Source of the DNA: Pseudomonadota bacterium
Lineage (GTDB): Bacteria > Pseudomonadota > Gammaproteobacteria > Steroidobacterales > SZUA-146
Direction of reading: 5' to 3'
DNA length: 64,000 nt
Assembly: GCA_039028935.1 (NCBI GenBank)
Contig: JBCCHD010000004.1
Location: forward strand, 49,043-113,042
The translations under genes and the position numbers were made by a program. This document shows positions 57,358 through 64,000 of this stretch, piece by piece. How positions within the stretch are numbered: the stretch's first letter is position 1; each line of letters opens with the position of its first letter. The notes below the pieces were generated by a model. That model was not told the DNA's origin. It ran no database searches and saw only the letters and a program-made list of their open reading frames with translations.

Positions 57358-58752
57358 TCACTTACGGCCGCTGACGGTGGTGGCGACACGAATCGGCTTG
57401 TACATGGTTCCCATGGTCAGGCCACCCGTTCCGGTCTGAATAATGTCGAAGCGCTGCTGCAGACCCGTCGTAGCAACCGCTTTGCCATCCCGAAAGCGCG
57501 GCCGAAATTCGGCGGTTTCGATTCGGCCAAGCACGTCGTCCACCACTTCAGGACTGCCAACCGAATTTTCGACCACACGGATACTGCGCGTTTTTCCTTT
57601 AGCCGAAACGGCATAGCGTACGACCAAAACACCTGGAGGCAGTGGTTGATCATTCTCATCGCGACCAAAAAACACTCGTCGTTCCGGGTCCATAAAAATA
57701 AGCGTCGGTGAACCGTAAAGCTGTTCGATAAGGGCCGGATCCACATTCGATTCCTGCGCCACACGCACAGTCTTGTTATACGTTCGACGAGCTTTGCGAC
57801 TCTCCAAACGTTGCAAATAATAATCGCCAACATCGGTCCGCGCCTTGAGCAGATCGCCTTCATCAACTTCCTTCTGCGAGGCGATGATATCAACGACGCG
57901 TAGCATGGCATCGGCACCCGTTTTGGGCGTCACAATCGTCGGGTGCAGCTTATACAAACGCGCACGCAGTTTGAGCGTATCGATCAGGCGGTAATCGTTC
58001 GGACCAAAACGTGACTCGAGAATGGTGACCGCTTCGTCCAGCGCTCGACGAACTTTGGGGAACGACTGACGATCCGCATTCCATATCGCGTAGTTGTGAA
58101 GCGCCTTAACCATTTCGACAGATGAAGCGCCGTATGTTTCTCGCGCGGAGGTAAGACGCAACTCTTGCTGTCGGTCCGCGAGCATTGCGCGTTTCTGCTG
58201 AAGGAATATTTCGGCCAGATCATCCAACATTTGATCTTGTTCTACGTTGTAGACCCCCGCGTTTCGATGAGTGATGTCTTTCGCGCGCAGAAGCGCAAGC
58301 TCCGCTTCTTCCAAGTCGCCTTCGCTCTGATAGAGTCGCCCGAGTGCGAGCAGCGGCTTAGTGAGGTGGGGTTCAAACGGGTCATAATGTCGGGCGGCGA
58401 TACGCAAAGATTCTCGTAAATCCTTGATAGCCTCTTGCGTTAAGCCAAGCTTTGACTGCGCGATACCGCGACACACCAGCTGGGAGTAGCGCACCGGCGC
58501 AGATCGCTCATCTGTCCGCAGTAAAGCAAGCGTCGACGCACGGATTGCCTCTTCATAGCGTTCATTGTCCAGGTGGTCTTGGCAGTTTGACGGGTTGGCT
58601 GAGGTCGCGGGCATCCAGTGAAAAAGAAAAAACGCAGCGACTAAACCCTGGGCTGCGGTTGTGGCAAATCGCATTAACTGGACGCAGGGGCGACGACTGG
58701 GCAATCGAACAGCTCCGATTCTACGACCACAATGCGTCATTGAGCGCCTCAA
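57358..58752 (-). CDS. Membrane-anchored TPR protein with C-terminal TonB-C-like domain (paralog 2)
   Basis: Hydrophobic N-terminus (GLVAAFFLFHWMPATSA), TPR repeats, and a C-terminal GVLVVRYAVSAKGKTRSIRVVENSV...FRPRFRDGKAVAT. The ORF start abuts the stop of the small gene at 58753. An alternative ATG lies at 58674. Confidence 0.7.
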   Translation of the reverse strand: MRRSMTHCGRRIGAVRLPSRRPCVQLMRFATTAAQGLVAAFFLFHWMPATSANPSNCQDHLDNERYEEAIRASTLALLRTDERSAPVRYSQLVCRGIAQSKLGLTQEAIKDLRESLRIAARHYDPFEPHLTKPLLALGRLYQSEGDLEEAELALLRAKDITHRNAGVYNVEQDQMLDDLAEIFLQQKRAMLADRQQELRLTSARETYGASSVEMVKALHNYAIWNADRQSFPKVRRALDEAVTILESRFGPNDYRLIDTLKLRARLYKLHPTIVTPKTGADAMLRVVDIIASQKEVDEGDLLKARTDVGDYYLQRLESRKARRTYNKTVRVAQESNVDPALIEQLYGSPTLIFMDPERRVFFGRDENDQPLPPGVLVVRYAVSAKGKTRSIRVVENSVGSPEVVDDVLGRIETAEFRPRFRDGKAVATTGLQQRFDIIQTGTGGLTMGTMYKPIRVATTVSGRK

Positions 58753-59085
58753 CTACAGTTCAAGAAGATATTTGCGCAGTCGCTCATCCTGTAGCTCTGT
58801 ACGCCAGGCGGCAATCGATTGACACCGGCGCTTTGCCAGGCGACTACCGGTGCGCACCCGCTTAAGACACAACACCCGCGATTCGTTAACTCGGGTGTGC
58901 GATGTGCTGGTTGGTCGCGGAGTTTCAGCGGCCGACCCTACCGTTGAAGGTAAGGGTTTGGCTGCTTCCGTGGCGCCCGCCACCGCTGATTGATCGGTCA
59001 GCGCCGCCGATGACATCGCCAGCAGAGCCGCGACAATCATCGCCAACCATTTCGATATCCCCATTGATGAACGTGTTGCCCTCAT
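58753..59085 (-). CDS. Small secreted protein, Cys-x14-Cys TGSRL motif family (paralog 1)
   Basis: Signal peptide (KWLAMIVAALLAMSSAAL). Motif VLCLKRVRTGSRLAKRRCQSIAAWR. Confidence 0.65.
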   Translation of the reverse strand: MRATRSSMGISKWLAMIVAALLAMSSAALTDQSAVAGATEAAKPLPSTVGSAAETPRPTSTSHTRVNESRVLCLKRVRTGSRLAKRRCQSIAAWRTELQDERLRKYLLEL

Positions 59086-59211
59086 TTTTCACCTGACTTG
59101 GTTAGAAATAAATTTAAACCCCCACTCGTCCTAACTCTGACTGCGCGTTACGTCAACGGTTCCCAATTATTCACGCGAATCGGCTCTCCACGCGGAAGAT
59201 CGCACAGGGCG

Positions 59212-60900
59212 CTATCGCGGCACGACATCAAACGGCGCGGTGAGACGGAGCCCGTCCGCCTGAATCGGCGCCGTTCCGTGCCATAAATAAGAAGGAAACA
59301 ACACCAGCAGCCCCGCTTTGGGCTGAATCCATCGTTCTGGTTCGAGCATCGGATTTGTCATGAACGGCGGCTCAGAAAACTTGATCCACCCAGACCGGTC
59401 CTCATCTGAGGATGCTGGCACCGACACATAATAGGCCGAACTAATCCAACCCTCCGGATGGATATGGTTGACATGATGTCCACCGGCCACCAGCTTGACT
59501 GACCAGCACCCATTAAAATCGTACTGACCTGTGTTGCGACCCGTGAGTGGGTGACCATCGTGGTGCCCCACATGGGCGAGGTAGCGCCGAATGGGTTCGT
59601 CGAGCGCATTGAGATAGGCCTTAACCACCGCGTTAGGCACGCCGGTCAAATCACGTGCGGTTTGCGTTCCGTGTCGCAATGACTGGTCAATCGGTCGCCG
59701 CGAATGCGTATGCAATTGTTCGAGCGCATCACGCAGAGCGGTGTTGAAGTCGTCGATATTGCGATAGCCCTCCGGCACCGGCAGTGAGTACGTTTGCACG
59801 TGATGCTGCACATCCACTAACTGTGTGTACGCCGGATCACCCACCAGTCTCAGGCCGGTCGCTTCATAGGCGATCCAGTGTTGCGCATTGGGTTCGAGCT
59901 GTTGCATGCGACGCGTCTGTGCCAACGCTTCGTCGGTTTGGCCCAACATGAGATGGGCACTGATCCGCGCAGCCTGCGCGGCCGCATGATCCGATTCGAT
60001 CGCCAACGCCTGATCGGCGTGCGTCAACGCCGCCTCCGCGTCAGCGCCATCCACAAAGGCTTGTGCGACGACCGCATAATGGTTCGCCTGCGGGGTCATA
60101 CTTCGCAATGCATCGGCGAGAACTGTCGCGTCCGCACCACTGAACTTTAGTAACTCCAGCGCAACTGTCTGCATCGACGCATCCTGGAACTGAGTGTTTA
60201 CGAGTGTCTCGAACGCAGTGTGGTCACCCAACATCCAGTGCATGCGCGCCAGTTCGCGCAACGTCATCGCCGACGGCGCGAGTGCGTGCGCCCGCGTCAT
60301 GTTGCTCAATGCCCGGTCATGAACACCAGCCTCGAACGCGGCTCGGCCGCACATGAAAAACACGGCACTGTCTTCCGTCCCAGTCGCAATCAACCGCTCG
60401 AAACCGGCCAATGCCCGCTCGGTCAGTCCAAGCTCAAGCTCCGCGGAGGCCAGTCCAAACTGCGTGGGGTTGTCACGCGCGCCCTCCGCGATTAACGCAG
60501 CAAATACCGATCTCGCGTTCTCCCAGCGCCGCAGTGCCAAGAGCGCTTTGCCTAGCGTGCGCCGGGCGGGGGAGAAGCCAGGTTGCCGCGCCAACGCCGC
60601 TTCACAACTGGCAACCGCATCGTCTGCCCGCCCGAGATCTAAAAATATAAGTGCCTGATTATTATAGATTTCATGATTGTCGGGCGCGTAGTTTAAGGCC
60701 CTTTTTATGAGCACCAATGCGTGAGGATAGTGACCCAATCGACGCTCAACGAGTGCGGCCAAATGGGCGCTTTGACGGGGGTCACACCCGCTCAGATACT
60801 GCTTTGCATCATCATATTTCCCAGCCTGAAAGGCGGCGACAGCGAGGGCGAAAGAGCGGTTTTTTGTACTCATCGTATGGCTCAAAAACCACGCGAACAA
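59212..60900 (-). CDS. TPR-repeat protein fused to a C-terminal putative 2OG-Fe(II) oxygenase domain
   Basis: The N-terminal ~350 aa is TPR. The C-terminal ~200 aa has VNHIHPEGWISSAYYVSVP ... GWIKFSEPP ... GLLVLFPSYLWHGTAP. I associate this pattern with the 2OG-FeII_Oxy_5-type family (from memory). Confidence 0.7.
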   Translation of the reverse strand: MFAWFLSHTMSTKNRSFALAVAAFQAGKYDDAKQYLSGCDPRQSAHLAALVERRLGHYPHALVLIKRALNYAPDNHEIYNNQALIFLDLGRADDAVASCEAALARQPGFSPARRTLGKALLALRRWENARSVFAALIAEGARDNPTQFGLASAELELGLTERALAGFERLIATGTEDSAVFFMCGRAAFEAGVHDRALSNMTRAHALAPSAMTLRELARMHWMLGDHTAFETLVNTQFQDASMQTVALELLKFSGADATVLADALRSMTPQANHYAVVAQAFVDGADAEAALTHADQALAIESDHAAAQAARISAHLMLGQTDEALAQTRRMQQLEPNAQHWIAYEATGLRLVGDPAYTQLVDVQHHVQTYSLPVPEGYRNIDDFNTALRDALEQLHTHSRRPIDQSLRHGTQTARDLTGVPNAVVKAYLNALDEPIRRYLAHVGHHDGHPLTGRNTGQYDFNGCWSVKLVAGGHHVNHIHPEGWISSAYYVSVPASSDEDRSGWIKFSEPPFMTNPMLEPERWIQPKAGLLVLFPSYLWHGTAPIQADGLRLTAPFDVVPR

Positions 60901-61078
60901 ACGGAGCTTCGATTATGTAGGATTTTTGCAACAAAGTCGCAGTCTGCACGCAACAAAGGGGTCTGATACACCCCACCTGTGATGAAAAAGACGCGCTGTT
61001 TATGGCGAAAAAGCCCTGGTTTTTGGTGGTTTTTTGACCACTGGCACCCGGGTTGTGTGTTTTTCGCTACAAACAGGA

Positions 61079-61107
61079 TTGACTTTTTGCCGCGCTGACG
61101 TTTAAAT
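61079..61107 (+). promoter_or_regulatory. Sigma-70-type promoter candidate for the TonB-dependent receptor gene
   Basis: TTGACT, a 17-nt spacer, then TTAAAT, about 110 nt upstream of the ATG at 61220. Confidence 0.5.
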
Positions 61108-61219
61108 CCAACCACTTTCGCATGTTTACCACAAAGACGAGTGGCAGCCCAGCAACACCGGTCGCGTTCACCGTCCAAATGTGCGGATTACGTTTTTTTT
61201 GATCTCTTAGGGGAATTCA

Positions 61220-64000
61220 ATGCCTACGAACACCAAGCTGAATAAAGCGGTGAAACTGGCGCTTGCGATGAGTTCAGGTGCGTTTGCACTGTCTTTTGCA
61301 AGTCCGGCAGTTGCTCAAAACGATGGCTCGGATGATCTCGAAGAAGTTCTCGTTACCGGGTCACGTATCCCGCGTAAAGACTTCACTTCGAATGCTCCGG
61401 TTGCCACGATTGACGCCGGTCAGATTGAACTGACAAACACCATCAACACCGAATCGCTGTTGAACACTCTGCCTCAAACTGTTCCTGGTCTGGACCGTAC
61501 GTCCAACAACCCAGGTAACGGAACGGCAACTGTTGACCTTCGCGGTCTGGGCACCAACCGAACACTGGTGCTGATCAACGGCACGCGTGCTGTACCGACC
61601 ACTCTGGGCGGCACAGTTGACATCAACACCATTCCAAACGCACTGATCAAAGACGTCGAAGTGCTGACCGGCGGTGCATCCGCTGTGTACGGTTCTGACG
61701 CTGTGGCCGGTGTGGTCAACTTCATCCTGAAGGATGACTTTGAAGGCGCCACCGTAAACGTGTCGCACGAAGTCACTCAGGAAGGTGACGCATCACTGAC
61801 CTCTGCAGACATTACGATTGGCGCAAACATGGCTGACGATCGCGGTAACGTGGTTTTCAACTTTGCTGTGACCGATCGTGACGATCTGTTCCAGGGCGAT
61901 CGTGACTTCGCTTTCTTCGCTCAGTTTGATGACGTTGACGCCAACGGCAACCCCATCCTGATTGATGGTGGTTCGACCGGTGTACCGGGCACGTCTGTCT
62001 TTGCTGGTGCGCTCGGTGGGCCGCTCGGTGGCAGCACCGATCCGTTCTCCGATTCGTTTGGTGGTATCTTCGATGCCGATGGTTCATTCCGTCCTTTCCG
62101 CACCGGTGAAACCAACGACTTCTACAACTACGCTCCTGTGAACTACATTCAGTTGCCACAGACGCGTTACCAGGCTTCTGCTCTGGGTACGTTCAAGGCC
62201 ACCGACAACCTCGAGTTGTACGGTCGCGCCATGTTCACCTACAGCAAAGTGCCTCAGCAGTTGGCACCAACGCCAATCTTTGCGTCTGGAACGCAGTTCA
62301 CTCTCGACGGCAGCCCGTTCATCACCCCTGCTTCTCAGGCCATTCTGTCTGAAGCATTCGGTGACGGCGTTGACACCGACAATGACGGCATCGATGACAC
62401 GGCTACCATGTTTGTTCGTCGTCGTCTGGAAGAAGTGGGTCCTCGTATCGCTGACGACACCCGTTCATCGTTCCAGGTTCAGGCTGGTTTGCGCGGCAAC
62501 ATCACCGACACGTGGTCGTACGATGCGTACGTCCAGACCGGTCGTGTGACCAACGCTGCTTCACAGTCGGGTAACGTCAACCGCGATCGATTCCAGCAAG
62601 CTCTGCTTCTGGATCTGGCCGCTGATCCATCGGGTAACACCTGTGTCGACCCGAGCGCGAACGGCAGTACGTCAGCTTGTGCGCCGATCAACATCTTTGG
62701 TCCTGGCAACATCTCGGCAGCGGGTGCAGCGTTCCTGCGTACCGCTGTTGCTTCAACGACCGAATTTGAGCAGCTCATGGGCTCTGTCACCGTTTCCGGT
62801 GACTTGGGTGCCGCTATGGAACTGCCAGGTGGACGCATCGGCGTTGCTGTTGGTTACGAGCACCGTGAAGATGACGGCTTCTTCCTGCCTTCGCAGGATT
62901 TGGCCGCTGGCACAATTGCCGGCTTTAACGGTTCTCCCGCTTCGGGCGGTGGTTTTGACGTAGACGCAATCTACGGTGAAGCCTACTTGCCGGTCCTTGA
63001 CAACCTCGAGATCGAGCTGGCCGCACGTTCGTCTGACTACAGCACCGCTGGTAGCGTTAGCGCATACAAAGTCGCGGGTTCTTGGCAGCCAATCGACCAA
63101 CTGCGAATCCGTGGTGGTTACAACACGGCTGTCCGTGCACCCAACATCGCTGAGCTGTTCTCGCCGCAAAGCGAAGGCTTCCCAGGCGCTGCTGACCCAT
63201 GCTCGCTCTCTGGTACGCCTGCTGCCGGCCTGTCTGCGACAGCGGCAGCGACTTGCGCTGCAACGGGTGTTCCGACTGCTTCGATCGGAACGGCTGCAAT
63301 CAACCCAGCTTCTGGCCAGGTTCGTGCCATCTCCGGTGGTAACCCAGACCTGACCGAAGAAGAAGCTGAAACGATCACCTTTGGTGTGGTTGTAACGCCT
63401 GACTTCGTCGAAGGCCTGACCTTCAGCATCGACTACTTCGACATCGAAATCGACGACGCAATCGCGGCGTTCGGTGGTGGTGCCGCAAACGTGCTGAACA
63501 ACTGCTACTCACCTGACAACACTGCCGGTGCAGCTAGCGACTTCTGCCAGGTCATCACACGTCGTGCAGACGGTACGATTGACAACATCGCACTGCAGGC
63601 ACAGAACGTTGCTCTTCAGACTCTGAAAGGTATCGATCTGGCTGCTAGCTACAACACCGAGTTCTACGGTGGCGATCTGGGTATCCAGTACCTTGGTACG
63701 ATTACCACAGAGAACGACTTCACCGCGTTTGATGGAGACGATCCAATCGAATGTGCTGGTAAGTTCGGTAACCTGTGTGGTGAGCCTATCCAGGAATACG
63801 GACATCGCGTGTCGTTCAACTGGAATCGTGACGCATGGACTGCACAGGTTGTGTGGCGCTATGTTGGCGAAACCGACGATGACGATGACGATACCACGTT
63901 CTTCGTAGAGACCCTCGACGCTGAGAACTACATCGACGTTTCTGGCTCATACGCCTTTAACGATCGTTACTCACTGTCGTTCGGTATCGACAACCTGTTT
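61220..64000 (+). CDS. TonB-dependent receptor (3' end outside window). It is absent from the supplied ORF track.
   Basis: Manual translation gives 927 uninterrupted codons from ATG 61220 (RBS AGGGGA) to the window end. I spot-checked the frame at 61220-61690, 62702 and 63842-63910. Signal peptide MPTNTKLNKAVKLALAMSSGAFALSFASPAVAQ. TonB box/plug DLEEVLVTGSRIPRKD ... VDLRGLGTNRTLVLINGTR ... IKDVEVLTGGASAVYGSDAVAGVVNFIL. Barrel motifs follow (NPDLTEEEAETITFGVV). Confidence 0.9.
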   Translation, partial: MPTNTKLNKAVKLALAMSSGAFALSFASPAVAQNDGSDDLEEVLVTGSRIPRKDFTSNAPVATIDAGQIELTNTINTESLLNTLPQTVPGLDRTSNNPGNGTATVDLRGLGTNRTLVLINGTRAVPTTLGGTVDINTIPNALIKDVEVLTGGASAVYGSDAVAGVVNFILKDDFEGATVNVSHEVTQEGDASLTSADITIGANMADDRGNVVFNFAVTDRDDLFQGDRDFAFFAQFDDVDANGNPILIDGGSTGVPGTSVFAGALGGPLGGSTDPFSDSFGGIFDADGSFRPFRTGETNDFYNYAPVNYIQLPQTRYQASALGTFKATDNLELYGRAMFTYSKVPQQLAPTPIFASGTQFTLDGSPFITPASQAILSEAFGDGVDTDNDGIDDTATMFVRRRLEEVGPRIADDTRSSFQVQAGLRGNITDTWSYDAYVQTGRVTNAASQSGNVNRDRFQQALLLDLAADPSGNTCVDPSANGSTSACAPINIFGPGNISAAGAAFLRTAVASTTEFEQLMGSVTVSGDLGAAMELPGGRIGVAVGYEHREDDGFFLPSQDLAAGTIAGFNGSPASGGGFDVDAIYGEAYLPVLDNLEIELAARSSDYSTAGSVSAYKVAGSWQPIDQLRIRGGYNTAVRAPNIAELFSPQSEGFPGAADPCSLSGTPAAGLSATAAATCAATGVPTASIGTAAINPASGQVRAISGGNPDLTEEEAETITFGVVVTPDFVEGLTFSIDYFDIEIDDAIAAFGGGAANVLNNCYSPDNTAGAASDFCQVITRRADGTIDNIALQAQNVALQTLKGIDLAASYNTEFYGGDLGIQYLGTITTENDFTAFDGDDPIECAGKFGNLCGEPIQEYGHRVSFNWNRDAWTAQVVWRYVGETDDDDDDTTFFVETLDAENYIDVSGSYAFNDRYSLSFGIDNLF

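Noticed and set aside
61042-61057. Sigma-54-like TGGCACccgggTTGTG upstream of the second receptor gene
   Set aside because: The -12 element has TG instead of the near-invariant GC, and a good sigma-70 promoter lies 30 bp downstream.
1-64000. CRISPR arrays, rRNA/tRNA genes, IS elements, integrases, prophage or defence-system genes
   Set aside because: I saw none. There are no regularly spaced direct repeats, no cloverleaf-like sequences in the intergenic gaps I read, and no transposase, recombinase or nuclease-like ORFs. tRNAscan/ISfinder-type tools were not available, so small elements could have been missed.

Overview
This 64-kb chromosomal window comes from a high-GC Gammaproteobacterium. 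Gene content suggests a marine, polysaccharide-degrading organism: two TonB-dependent receptors, two PEP-CTERM proteins, a GH16 laminarinase, FG-GAP/CRTAC1 proteins. I found about 55 supportable protein genes, and no rRNA, tRNA, CRISPR array, transposase or integrase.

Left to right:
- End of a branched-chain 2-oxo acid dehydrogenase operon (bkdA2', bkdB).
- A secreted 7-repeat FG-GAP protein.
- A divergent molybdenum-cofactor cluster (moeA-moaB-tauE-mobA-moaA / moaC-moaD-moaE).
- tfoX-like gene, M24 peptidase, SLC13 transporter.
- A LacI-type regulator with glk, a PEP-CTERM protein, a GH16 glucanase and a DUF885 protein. These are tied together by four copies of a TGACAACGTTGTCA palindrome.
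- mscS, an Oar-type TonB-dependent receptor, and a nucleoside hydrolase/ribokinase/2OG-oxygenase operon.
- A sigma-54-type promoter in front of a second PEP-CTERM protein, then a TPR-CRTAC1-TPR lipoprotein triad.
- An orphan MttB-family methyltransferase and an NfeD-SPFH pair.
- Two divergent catabolic operons. One carries two unknown proteins translationally coupled to an M19 dipeptidase.
- A duplicated module of small Cys-bracketed secreted proteins plus TPR proteins ending in a TonB-C-like domain. It sits beside a TPR-2OG-oxygenase fusion and a second TonB-dependent receptor.

The second receptor gene is missing from the supplied ORF track because it runs off the window end.

The most unusual items are:
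1. The small-protein / TPR-TonB_C module. The small proteins carry a motif resembling the neighbouring receptor's TonB-box region.
2. Two long, structured, non-coding intergenic regions bounded by intrinsic terminators (about 41.1-41.7 kb upstream of mttB, and about 29.4-29.9 kb).
3. The paired-operator LacI regulon.

All functional calls rest on reading motifs in the translations. No database search was run.
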